Positions 45,741-56,200 of a DNA stretch of 64,000 bases are shown here, piece after piece (within the stretch, counting starts at the first letter, position 1; each line of letters starts with the position of its first letter). The notes beneath the pieces are model-generated. The model was not told the DNA's origin. It searched no databases and was given only the letters and a program-made list of their open reading frames with translations. The stretch spans positions 17,266 through 81,265 of the forward strand of contig CAYQPU010000001.1 in the NCBI GenBank assembly GCA_964419615.1, written 5' to 3'. The stretch comes from an uncultured Methanosarcinales archaeon (GTDB taxonomy: Archaea; Nanobdellota; Nanobdellia; Woesearchaeales; JAGVZT01). Position numbers and translations under genes: made by a program.

Positions 45741-46652
45741 TTAGTTATTTATTTTTTTAAGTGCATTATTTTTTTTTGAAGTTTTCATCAGTTGAATAAC
45801 AATACCTGCAACAATAAGCACTAATCCAATAATCGAAGCAAAGGGGATAGTTTCATTATTTAAAAAGTAGACAAATATTAGAGATAAAAAAGGATTCACA
45901 TAAACAATATTTGCCATTTTATGTGTGTGTCCGATTTTCAGTGCTTTGAACCAAAAAACAAATCCGATTGAATTTGCTAAACCACCCAAAAACAATAATG
46001 ATAATATTGTGGTAGGTGATGTTGGAATAGTAAATTTGGAAACCACTAGCATTGTTGGTGTAATCAATATAAAAGAGGAAGTATAATACACCAGCATACT
46101 TGTAAACTTTTCATGTTCATGCTTTTTTCCTAGTACTGAAAACAAACCATAACATATTGCTGCTCCTAAAGCAAGGAGATATCCACGAGCATATTCATTT
46201 TGAAAACTCGTGAAAGTACCTTTAGTAAAAACAATAAATGCTCCAATGAAACTAATTAGTATAGCAATAATGGTTTTTTGATTCCATTTTTCATGGAGTA
46301 AAAATATTGAAAAAATTACAATGAAAATTGGCCAGAGATAATTAATCATATTTGCCTGACCTGCAGGTGCTATATTAAAACTTCCATATAGTAAAATATA
46401 ATACATATACAAACCAAGAAATCCCATACCAAACATCTTTGCATAATCTGATTTCTTATATTCTTTAAACAGTTTATACTTATTTTGGAATTTAATAATT
46501 AATGAAAGAGTTATTATACCAACAATATTGTTGTAAAATAGAATTTGAAAGTTATTAAGTTCATTCAAAGCCAGTTTAGCAACAGCAGGTACAGCTGACC
46601 ACATTAAAATTGTAAGGATCAAGTAAGAATATGCTGACATCTCTTTTTTCAT
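45741..46652 (-). CDS. EamA/DMT family transporter
   Basis: About ten TM helices in two repeats; GFLGLYMYY, NYLWPIF. Confidence 0.9.
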   Translation of the reverse strand: MKKEMSAYSYLILTILMWSAVPAVAKLALNELNNFQILFYNNIVGIITLSLIIKFQNKYKLFKEYKKSDYAKMFGMGFLGLYMYYILLYGSFNIAPAGQANMINYLWPIFIVIFSIFLLHEKWNQKTIIAILISFIGAFIVFTKGTFTSFQNEYARGYLLALGAAICYGLFSVLGKKHEHEKFTSMLVYYTSSFILITPTMLVVSKFTIPTSPTTILSLLFLGGLANSIGFVFWFKALKIGHTHKMANIVYVNPFLSLIFVYFLNNETIPFASIIGLVLIVAGIVIQLMKTSKKNNALKKINN

Positions 46653-46790
46653 ATCTTAACAAAATTTGCTTTAATTAAAAAATGTTTCTAGAAACAGTTT
46701 CAGTTTTCAAACAAAATAATATACTAGTGCATATTCTTTGGTCCTCCATTAATAAAGTTTTTAAATAACACACTCATTCTAGCATGTACA

Positions 46791-49544
46791 ATGGAAGATA
46801 ATCAACTTTTAAGAGAGCGGAAAAGAAAATTAGCTGAGCTTAGAAAAAAAGGTATTGAGCCATATGCATATAATTTTGATAAACAGCATTTTGCTGATAA
46901 AATATTAAAAGAATATAATAAATATGAAGATAAGAAAGTAAGTGTTGCTGGAAGAGTTATGTCTATGAGGGATATGGGAAAGGTTAGATTTGCTCATATT
47001 AATGATTCTACTGCACAGATTCAATTGTATTTTAAAAAAGATATTATTGGCAGTGATAAGTATTCTGTGTTAAAGCTACTGGATATTGGAGATATTATTG
47101 GATGCCAAGGAAAGGTGTTTAAGACAAACAAAGGTGAAGTGAGCATTGAGGTAAAAAGCTTTAGTCTGTTGACAAAATCTCTAAAACCTCTTCCTGAGAA
47201 ATGGCATGGTATTAAGGATAAAGAACTTCAATATCGGCAAAGGTATGTTCATTTAATAATGAATCCTGATGAAAAACAAGTATTTGTGACCAGAGAAAAG
47301 ATTATTGGTGGGATTAGGCAATACCTGTTGGATAGAGACTATGTTGAGGTTCAAACCCCAATCTTGCAACCTATGTATGGAGGTGCTTCAGCAAGACCTT
47401 TTGAAGCAAATCTACATGCTTTGAATATGCCTGTTTATATGAGAATTTCTAATGAGATGTATCTGAAAAGGCTTATTGTGAGCGGCTTTGACAGAGTATT
47501 TGAGTTTTCAATTGATTTTAGAAATGAAGGAATTGATAAAAACCATAATCCTGAATTTTTATTGTTTGAAGCAATGACTGCATATACAGACTATTTTGAC
47601 GGTATGAAATTGATTGAGGATATTACTGAGCATGTTGTTAAGAAAGTTAAAGGTACAACAAAAGTTAATTATCAGGGAAAAGTTATTGATTTTAAGGTTC
47701 CCTGGACCCGAATTTCTGTTAGAGAGTCTATTTTAAAATATGCTAAAATTGATATTGAAAAAGTAGACGATAATGAGCTAAAAAAGATTTTGGATAAAAA
47801 CAAGATCCAACTAAAAGGGCAATACACTCGAGGAAATGCAATTTTGGCTTTGGTTGATGAATTTTGTGAACAGCATTTTGTACAGCCAACAATTCTTTAT
47901 GATTATCCAAGGGAAACTTCTCCACTATCAAAACCAAAAAGAGATGACCCAAAATATACCGAGAGATTTGAGCAGTTTGTAAACTGTTCTGAATTAGGAA
48001 ATAATTATACAGAGGTTACCAATCCTCAAATTCTCAGAGAGAATTGGGAAAATGAAGAGGATGCATTGAGTAAAGGAGATTATGAGGCAATGAGAATGGA
48101 CTATGATTACCTTAATGCTCTTGAAGTTGGAATGCCTCCAGTTTGTGGGATTGCAATTGGTATTGACAGATTGATAATGATTCTTACTGACAAAATATCT
48201 ATTAGAGATGTTATTTTGTTTCCATTTATGAAACCATTGGACATGCCAAAGCCGCAGCTTCAGACTGTCCAGCTTAAAGATATATCCGGGAGTAAAGTTA
48301 TTGTAACAAAGGGAGCTCAAGATCTGGGTTTAAAAACAGCTTATGCAATAATTGATGGAGTTAATGTTAAGTCCAAACATGAAGAGTTGGAAAAACAAAA
48401 AAAGAAAGCTGGTATTCTAAAGGCAGATACAGGGAAGTTAAATGGTATGCAAGAAGCTTATAGATCATTTGGTATTGATCCAACTAAGAGGATCCCTAGT
48501 GCAGAAGCTTTGATAAAAAGAGTTGAACAAGGAAAAGGGATATACAAAGTAAATACGTTAGTAGATGCTTATAATCTTTCTTCTATTAGAGAAAGTTTAC
48601 CAATGGCTGCTTATGATTTAGTCAAAGTTAACTGGCCAATCAAATTAAGAGAGGCTAAAGAAGGCGAAGAAATAACTATTATTGGTGGGGATAAAAAGAA
48701 AACAAAACAAGGAGAGATTATTTATGCTGATGAATCAAGAGTGTTATGTTTAGATTTTAATTATAGAGACTGTGATTTTACTAAGATCACAAATAAAACT
48801 AAGCAAGTTATTGTTTTTGTTGATGGATGCATTGGAGTTAGTGATGATGAATTATTGCAATCTCTTGATAACACGTGTGATTTAATTACTCAGTTTAATG
48901 GTGGGGAGGTTGTTGAGAAATGTATTGCAGGAAGAGAAGCTTTATCTGAAAAAACTTCCTTGTCAAAACCTCCACTTACAAGAGAGCAAGCATGGGCACT
49001 TATTAAAAAGTACAATAAGCATGAACCAGATACTTATCATTTTCTTGAAAGTGAAGCAATAATGAAGGCTTTGGCTGAAAAGCTAGGTGAAGATGTTGAT
49101 GCTTGGGGAATGCTTGGTTTATTACATGATGTTGATTGGGGTTTGACTAAAGATAATGTGAGTGAGCATACAGTTAAGTCTATTGAGATTCTAAAGGAAG
49201 CTGGATTTAAGGAAGATTTTATTGAAGCTGTTGCATCCCATAATTATGGCTGGCCAGGTGGACAGTGGGCAGATAAGAAGAGAACAAAAAAAGTTCATTT
49301 TGCCCTTGCTTGTGCAGAAACCCTAACTGGATTAATACATACTTATGCTTTGATGAGAAAGGATAAAATACAAGGCATGAAAGCAAAGGGTCTAAAAAAG
49401 AAGTTTAAGGACAAGAGCTTTGCAGCTAAGGTAAATAGAAATATCATCAGAGAATGTGAAAAGATTGGTCTGAGTATGGATGAATTTTTTAATCTAGCAA
49501 TTGATGCTGTACGCAAGATTGCAGACCAAGTAAAGCTTAAATAG
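46791..49544 (+). CDS. lysS: Class II lysyl-tRNA synthetase fused to B3/4 (PheT-like) and HD domains
   Basis: OB-fold (VSVAGRVM), YRQRY, FRNEGID..HNPEF, GIAIGIDRL, RDVILFP; then YRSFGIDPTK..PSAEAL..INTL-like VNTLVDAYN; then GLLHDVD. Confidence 0.93.
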   Translation: MEDNQLLRERKRKLAELRKKGIEPYAYNFDKQHFADKILKEYNKYEDKKVSVAGRVMSMRDMGKVRFAHINDSTAQIQLYFKKDIIGSDKYSVLKLLDIGDIIGCQGKVFKTNKGEVSIEVKSFSLLTKSLKPLPEKWHGIKDKELQYRQRYVHLIMNPDEKQVFVTREKIIGGIRQYLLDRDYVEVQTPILQPMYGGASARPFEANLHALNMPVYMRISNEMYLKRLIVSGFDRVFEFSIDFRNEGIDKNHNPEFLLFEAMTAYTDYFDGMKLIEDITEHVVKKVKGTTKVNYQGKVIDFKVPWTRISVRESILKYAKIDIEKVDDNELKKILDKNKIQLKGQYTRGNAILALVDEFCEQHFVQPTILYDYPRETSPLSKPKRDDPKYTERFEQFVNCSELGNNYTEVTNPQILRENWENEEDALSKGDYEAMRMDYDYLNALEVGMPPVCGIAIGIDRLIMILTDKISIRDVILFPFMKPLDMPKPQLQTVQLKDISGSKVIVTKGAQDLGLKTAYAIIDGVNVKSKHEELEKQKKKAGILKADTGKLNGMQEAYRSFGIDPTKRIPSAEALIKRVEQGKGIYKVNTLVDAYNLSSIRESLPMAAYDLVKVNWPIKLREAKEGEEITIIGGDKKKTKQGEIIYADESRVLCLDFNYRDCDFTKITNKTKQVIVFVDGCIGVSDDELLQSLDNTCDLITQFNGGEVVEKCIAGREALSEKTSLSKPPLTREQAWALIKKYNKHEPDTYHFLESEAIMKALAEKLGEDVDAWGMLGLLHDVDWGLTKDNVSEHTVKSIEILKEAGFKEDFIEAVASHNYGWPGGQWADKKRTKKVHFALACAETLTGLIHTYALMRKDKIQGMKAKGLKKKFKDKSFAAKVNRNIIRECEKIGLSMDEFFNLAIDAVRKIADQVKLK

Positions 49545-49549
49545 TTTTA

Positions 49550-51553
49550 TTATACTTTTCCTTTTATTTTTTCTTTAAGATTTACTATCTTGTTAAAGAC
49601 TTCTTCTTTTTTCTTTTTTGGTAAAAGTGTGTATAACTCATTTATACTCAAATACAGAACATGAGCTCTTTTATAGTCCCTTATATTTACCACTTCTGTT
49701 GCTTCATCCAAAAGCATGTCAATTTTTTTGACTGGATCTAGTTTTTTATCAGTTGTGTCAGCTACTTTAGCTATATTTTTTGGAGCAATTCTTAGGACAT
49801 ATTTTTTAATGATGTGTTTTTTGATAATTGTATTAAGCAAGACTATTAGTACAGCAAAGAATGCTACATAAGCTACTAACAAAATCAAAGCTGAAACCTG
49901 GCTTACAAAGTAACTTTCTGAGATTATTGCTGGAAGCTTGGCATTAAATAGTATGCTTCTTCTAAGCAAGAATTGACTAATCACAAAAGGATTAAATCTA
50001 GCAATATCAATGAAATGCAAAGGCATTGATTCCAAAGGTAATATTACATCTGACAAGAACAAACTGATACTTGTGAAAGATATGGCTGCGAGTGTTCCTG
50101 TTTCAGCTGAATTAAATGCCACACCAATCAGTATTCCTATTAATGAGAATAAGATCGTGATCATGAGCAATATGATGCTTGTTGGTAGAATGTTTGTTAG
50201 AACATTTACATCAAATACAAAGTATGATATGCTTAATATTAAGATTAATTGAAGTACAACAAGGATTAGCGTGCTTAATAGATTTGCCACAAGATATAGT
50301 ATGTCAGGATTTGGAACAATTAGATTTCTAAAGTATGCTTTAGAACGTTTTTCCATCATAACTATTGTGGATGAGAATAAAATTGATACTAGCATCACAA
50401 CTAGTGCAACTATGCTTGGGAACATGTAGTTTAGATAGGTTTGAGATACAACTTCCTCTTTTGTTGTTTTGATAGGACTTACAATGGTCTCAGTTTCTGT
50501 TATTTGAATTTGATCAATATCTTTTTTGATGTCTTCCAATCCAGATTTTACAGCCATTAACTTGTTTAAACTGTCTTCAAGATCTTTAGTGCTATCACTA
50601 ATTCCTCTTGTAACCTCGGTTTTCTTATTCGATGCAGATTTTAGTTTGTCCTTTGTTGAGGCAAGTTCAGTTTCAATATTGTCTACTGCTGATTTTAATG
50701 AACCAATTGTTTCACTGTTCAAGTCTTCCAATTCTTCCTGAATGTCCTCTAGATTGTCTTCCAGGTCTTCAACATCAGATTCTGTTGAGGTTCCATTTAA
50801 GGTAGAGTCTCCTATATCATCAATAATATCATCCACAAGATCAAGGCTTTCGTTTAATAACTCATTTAAACTGCTGTTTGAGGCAAGTACTGAAGAACTT
50901 AGTGTTGTTTCAACTTTTCTTAGGTCGCTGATTTTATAGTTTTCTTCATTGATGTCAAAATCCATTTCCCCAAGATTTCCTTTCATTTTAGCCTGGGTTA
51001 ATTGAACTCTATCATTAATTTCAACAAGTTCAGTGAATTTTGGATTTTGTTCATCTATAGTTGTTTTTGTGTTATCAAGTGTGTTTAGAATGACTGTTGT
51101 GAGTTCTGCACTTATTTCTTGAGTTCTAGAAGCAACTTTTGTAGAGATCATATCAATAACACTATCTGCAAGATTCATTCTAGATGGATCAACATAGAAT
51201 TTTATTTCATTACTGACATCGGGTTTACCTGCTTCTGCAATTTCAAAGTTTTTGGGAAAGGACATGCAGATATTTACTATTCCTTGCCTTAGATTGTCCT
51301 GACATATTAATTCAGTATCTGTTTTTAATATTCTAAATTGAGATTCTTCAAGTTTGGCAACAAATGAGTTAACTAGATCGTTGTATTCAGGAGAGTATAC
51401 ACCGATGTTGATGCTATAATTAGAGGCATTATTAAAAGCTAGTCCAACAAGTAATGTTATTATTAAAGGCCCAAATACTGTTATCAGTGCAGATACTTTG
51501 GATCGGATTATTAATCTAAAGTTCTTGGTTATTACTCTAATCAGTTTGTTCAT
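49550..51553 (-). CDS. ABC-2 type permease with a large extracytoplasmic coiled-coil region
   Basis: N-terminal TM, about 300-aa heptad-rich acidic region, C-terminal multi-TM ABC-2 block. Confidence 0.85.
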   Translation of the reverse strand: MNKLIRVITKNFRLIIRSKVSALITVFGPLIITLLVGLAFNNASNYSINIGVYSPEYNDLVNSFVAKLEESQFRILKTDTELICQDNLRQGIVNICMSFPKNFEIAEAGKPDVSNEIKFYVDPSRMNLADSVIDMISTKVASRTQEISAELTTVILNTLDNTKTTIDEQNPKFTELVEINDRVQLTQAKMKGNLGEMDFDINEENYKISDLRKVETTLSSSVLASNSSLNELLNESLDLVDDIIDDIGDSTLNGTSTESDVEDLEDNLEDIQEELEDLNSETIGSLKSAVDNIETELASTKDKLKSASNKKTEVTRGISDSTKDLEDSLNKLMAVKSGLEDIKKDIDQIQITETETIVSPIKTTKEEVVSQTYLNYMFPSIVALVVMLVSILFSSTIVMMEKRSKAYFRNLIVPNPDILYLVANLLSTLILVVLQLILILSISYFVFDVNVLTNILPTSIILLMITILFSLIGILIGVAFNSAETGTLAAISFTSISLFLSDVILPLESMPLHFIDIARFNPFVISQFLLRRSILFNAKLPAIISESYFVSQVSALILLVAYVAFFAVLIVLLNTIIKKHIIKKYVLRIAPKNIAKVADTTDKKLDPVKKIDMLLDEATEVVNIRDYKRAHVLYLSINELYTLLPKKKKEEVFNKIVNLKEKIKGKV

Positions 51554-52550
51554 TTTTCCCTTTTATGAGTGATTCAAATACCTCTATTAATGACGGTTTT
51601 GCTACCTCAATGTCTATTATGTGTTCTTTTTGTTTTTCAAGTATGTGCAATATCTCATGAAGCACCTTTATTGAGTCTGGTGTATAGATTATCAGTTTGT
51701 GACCCTCATTTTTAACTTCTTTAACTACTGTTTTTTTGGATTTACTTAATTTTTTAATAATTTGGCCATATTTTCCAGGATATGTCTGAATATGAATTTC
51801 TTCATTTTTTGTGTACATGCTTTTTATTTGATCTGGAGTTCCAACTGTACCTAGCTGTTTTTTATGTAGAATTCCAATTCTAGTACAAAGACTTTCCATA
51901 TCTTTCAAAAAGTGAGATGCGATAATTATTGTGGTTCCCTGGCGGTTAATCCTCTTGATTAACTCAATCATTTGAGTTCTAAGCAAAGGATCAAGATCAG
52001 AAGTTGGTTCATCTAGAATTAGAACGTCTGGATTATGCACAAGTGCACAAGCAATGTCCAATCTTTTGAGCATGCCACCAGATAATTGTCCAGCTAGGGA
52101 TTTTTTGCAATGGTCAAGTCCAACTAGCTCCAAGACTTCTGACATGTTTTTTTCTCTAATTTCCTTTTTTATTCCATACATTGAGCTAAAATATCTTAGA
52201 TTTTCATCAACAGTTAATTTAGTGTAAACAGAGGGGTCTTGGGCAGCAAAACCAAATATTTTTCTAACTCTTAATTGATTACTTTCAACATATTTGTATT
52301 CTGTTTTTGGCTGGGTTTCTTTGCCTTTTTTCTTTTTTTTCTCTTCTAAAAACCGGTATTCAATCTTACCTGTTGATGGTTCAATAACACCACCTAGCAT
52401 GTTTAGAAATGTTGTTTTTCCACTTCCACTTAAACCCACTATTCCAAAGATTTCCTCTTTATTTATGTCCAAATTCACATTATTGAGAACTAATAGTTTT
52501 CCAAAAATTATAGTAAGGTTTCTAACTCTAATCAAGGCATCTTTAGCCAT
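51537..52550 (-). CDS. ABC transporter ATP-binding subunit
   Basis: GLSGSGKT, LSGGM, LILDEPT. Confidence 0.93.
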   Translation of the reverse strand: MAKDALIRVRNLTIIFGKLLVLNNVNLDINKEEIFGIVGLSGSGKTTFLNMLGGVIEPSTGKIEYRFLEEKKKKKGKETQPKTEYKYVESNQLRVRKIFGFAAQDPSVYTKLTVDENLRYFSSMYGIKKEIREKNMSEVLELVGLDHCKKSLAGQLSGGMLKRLDIACALVHNPDVLILDEPTSDLDPLLRTQMIELIKRINRQGTTIIIASHFLKDMESLCTRIGILHKKQLGTVGTPDQIKSMYTKNEEIHIQTYPGKYGQIIKKLSKSKKTVVKEVKNEGHKLIIYTPDSIKVLHEILHILEKQKEHIIDIEVAKPSLIEVFESLIKGKNEQTD

Positions 52551-52608
52551 AGAGCTTTTTATTTATTATTAATTATTAAATTTAACGCTATCATTTAACA
52601 GTGGGTAC

Positions 52609-53190
52609 TTACTTTTTTAGTTTTACATATATGAAATCAATCAAAAGATACAATACTACAACTAATACTGCTCCTGCTAAGAAATAGACAGCATAGTTTG
52701 GATTAGATACCTGGATTTCTGAAGCTAGGGGAGCTGCAGCAAGTTCTCTTGCACCTTCTAGCATTACATCTGCAGCCATAGCTTTTGGGGCTGCAAAAGT
52801 TTTATTCTGGTATGTTTGCAACATGGCTGCTGTCAAGGCTGTGAGTGTTATTGCTGGTAGAATAGATTTTAGTTTTTGCTTGATTCTTGGAACCTTACCA
52901 GGCGTTATTATTATGTATTTGTTAGCAATAGAATAATGGTTTACTTCTTTTCCTTTTTTACTATAGTGATATTCATCAGCTAAGACTAGTTTTGCTTTCA
53001 GCAGATGTTTTATGTTGTAGTGAACTGTTGAAAGAGGGATGTCTAGCTTTTTTGCAAGCTCTGTTTCTGTGGCTTTTTTCTTGCTTAAATAATCAAGAAT
53101 TTTCCTGGATGTTTCATTGCTAATAACTTGAGCCAGTTTTTTTGATTTGCTATCGCTTAAAGACATTAGCAAGAATGATTCTTCTGCCAT
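52609..53190 (-). CDS. ArsR-like HTH regulator with C-terminal TM helices
   Basis: SRKILDYL...TETELAKKLDIPLSTVHYNIKHL HTH; hydrophobic C-terminus. Confidence 0.82.
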   Translation of the reverse strand: MAEESFLLMSLSDSKSKKLAQVISNETSRKILDYLSKKKATETELAKKLDIPLSTVHYNIKHLLKAKLVLADEYHYSKKGKEVNHYSIANKYIIITPGKVPRIKQKLKSILPAITLTALTAAMLQTYQNKTFAAPKAMAADVMLEGARELAAAPLASEIQVSNPNYAVYFLAGAVLVVVLYLLIDFIYVKLKK

Positions 53191-53271
53191 AATATACTAG
53201 AACAAGGTTTAGTATTTAAATATTAAGTTAACTGCAATGCGGATTAAAGTGATCAACACAATGATCTTAAT

Positions 53272-56200
53272 CTACAAATACTTTACAAGATAGTAATCAA
53301 CGATATCTTCTGGCCAGCCTGCATCTAGTAAGGCCTTTTTAACAAATTCTCGACTAATCCCTCTTGATTTACAATTTTTAACAAAATTCTCAAGATCAGT
53401 ATGATGATGTTCTTTAGTAATACTTTTTGTTTTTTGTTTTTGGTGGGAGATGTATTTTTCTATGTTTTTCATAGAATTCATATGATCATATTTTTTGTAA
53501 CCTATGATTGCTCCAACAAATGCACTGATTACTACAAGGAAGATTATTATCACAAATATTTTGCTTATTTCTTTTTTGTGTGTTTGAGGTGCTTCCTGTT
53601 CGGGCTCTGCATTTGGCTCTTGCTCTACAGGTTCTTGGATAACCTCAATTTCTTCTTGTTCTGATTCCGCTTCTGTTTGCCGCACCTGAGGTGTGATTGA
53701 AACGATTGCAAATTTGCTAAATGAAACACTTGTTGCCTGGTACTGATAATAACCAGATCTTTGACCAATTAATTCAGTTGGAAGTTGGATCCATTTAGTT
53801 GTATATTTGTACAGTTTTATGTGTGATGCTGAACTTGAATTAGCTGTAATCCAAGATCTTGGTACTTTGAATTTGATAGATACTGATTCATAGTCTGTAT
53901 CTTCAATATCTTTCTCAGATATTTCAAGGATTTTGTATAGAGTGCTGTTTGAGACTATTGTTTCAGTATCTTTCAATGATTCAACAGTTAGTTCAACACT
54001 ACTTGTGTTTTTGTTTAATACAAATGTTAAGTTTGTGAATGCAATCTCATCATTATTAATACTCATGATGTTTTCTGTGCTAGATTTAACATCTATCCAT
54101 TTTTTGGATGCACTTGGATTTGGCACTGTTGTTATTGAACCGCCTCCACCTCCACCACCTTCTGAACTTCCAGCTGCATTTATTGTGAAATTGTGAGTAA
54201 ATTCTCCACTTATTCTATTGGATCTGTCAATACATTTTATGTAGTATGTTTGTGCTCCGTTTGATAGACCTCCAACATAGACTGTATGACTTAAACCAGG
54301 TTCATCAAATGTACCGTTCATGTCATAGTAATTTGTTCCATTTGTCATATAGTATCTACAAGCTGCCCATTCACTTGTGGTTAGTCTAAGACTTGTTGAT
54401 GTATCATATACTGTACCCTGTGGTTGCCATTCAGTGATATTTGGAGGAGAGATGTCTGATGATAGGTTTAGTGGAGTTTTGGTTAATAACTCCACACCAC
54501 CTATTGTTGTGTTGATAGATACATCAGGGAGAGATATGTTATACGACAGATTGTAGTTAGAGGTGTTGTACGTCAAATTCAGTATAGCATATCCACTTCC
54601 TGTTGAACCACTCCAAAGAGTGGTTTGATTGTCAATTATGGTTAAGTTTTTGCTTACTTCAGGGAGTCCAGAGTAATTGATTATGTAGATTGGGTAGAAT
54701 CTGGTTAGTTGTCCTGATAAGCTCAGATTAAGGAATTGTGCAATTCCATCAATAGTTGATGTTCCACTTGTGTTTAGCTGCCTTGTGATATTTGTGAATT
54801 CTGTGAAGTTGGCAGTTGTATTTGTTAAGGACAAATCAATTATTGTTGAGTTTATCAAAGTGAGGTTTGAATTAATGGAGGTAAACAAGCTGATGTTTGA
54901 GTTTTCCATTGTTATTGATGAGGTTGTTGTACCTATTTGCATTAATCCGATTGTTGTGTTGGTTAAAGTTAGTGTTGTGCCTGCAACTAGGCTAATGTTG
55001 TTAAGGCCAGTTGTTAATGTTGTAAAGTTAGTGTTTTGTGTTGCTATGTTTAACTGTACTATTGAAAGAGCTGAATTTGTTAATTGAATTGTTCCGTTGT
55101 TTAGGGTTATCATATCCGAGGTAAGAGTGGATATCTGGTTATTTGAACTACCTCTTATTGTTATATTCCGGAATACAGAATTGGAAATAATTGAATTTGT
55201 AGTTCCAGATAATTCAACATTGGTGTTGGTTGTGCTATCATTTATGTTTAGCATGAATTGATTTGAGAAGTTAAATGCTGTGCTTGAGTTAAATGTTGAT
55301 GAAAGGATAGATATGTTTTGATTATTGGTAAACATAGATTGATGATTTGTTAAAACAACATCTGATCTATCAAAATAGTAGTCATATCCCAAACTTTCAA
55401 TCACAGATGAATTTGTTAGTGTTAATGTGCTGACGTTTGTGGCTGTAATTCCAGTGCTGAAGTTTCTAAAAGCACAGTCAATGATGTTTAGACTGTTATA
55501 GTTTTGAGTAGAGAGTGCTGTTCCAATTATTGTTCCTCTAACTGGATAATTGCTGCAATTTAATGTTATTGAATTGTTCATTACTTCAAAACAAACTCCA
55601 CCACCAGAGTAGCTGATATTGCTTTGTATTGTGTATGAGTTGTAGAGTTTTCTACAGTTGTCAAATGTTGAGAAGTTGTATGGCCCTGATTCTGCGCAGT
55701 ACCCAGATGCATAGCAGCTCGTGACATTAAAGTAATATAATGAAGCTGATGCAAGATTTGAGATTGAAACTTGATGTCCACCTAGAGTTACAGATGTGTT
55801 TGTTGATAGATTTCCAAGGTTGATTGAGGTTCCATAGTCTATTGTTGAATTTCCTGACAACATTGTGTCCCAATTAATTATTGCTGTTTGGTTTGAAACT
55901 GATAATGTACTTACATTTTCAATGCTGCTTGTTGCATTAACAAAGACTGTTCTCATTTCCTCTGTGAAATTGTCACAACCAGAGGTTAGGTAAGTGTAAT
56001 TATGATAACCACTGCTTACAACAACAGGGTTTGTTGTATTTGTGCCGTCAAAGTATAATGTGTAATTACATCCAACATCACCTACATTTGTTTCAGATGC
56101 TGATATGTTAACTCCTTCAGATGTTACCTTGGTTTCGTATGTTCGAAAGCCAGTTAATACTCCGTCCTCTTCTCCTGCAATTATGTGCCAAATTCCTTGA

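Noticed and set aside
46675-46749. 24-codon uORF (MEDQRICTSILFCLKTETVSRNIF) upstream of the EamA gene
   Set aside because: No amino-acid enrichment and no copy of the shared leader motif; lysS on the other side appears leaderless.
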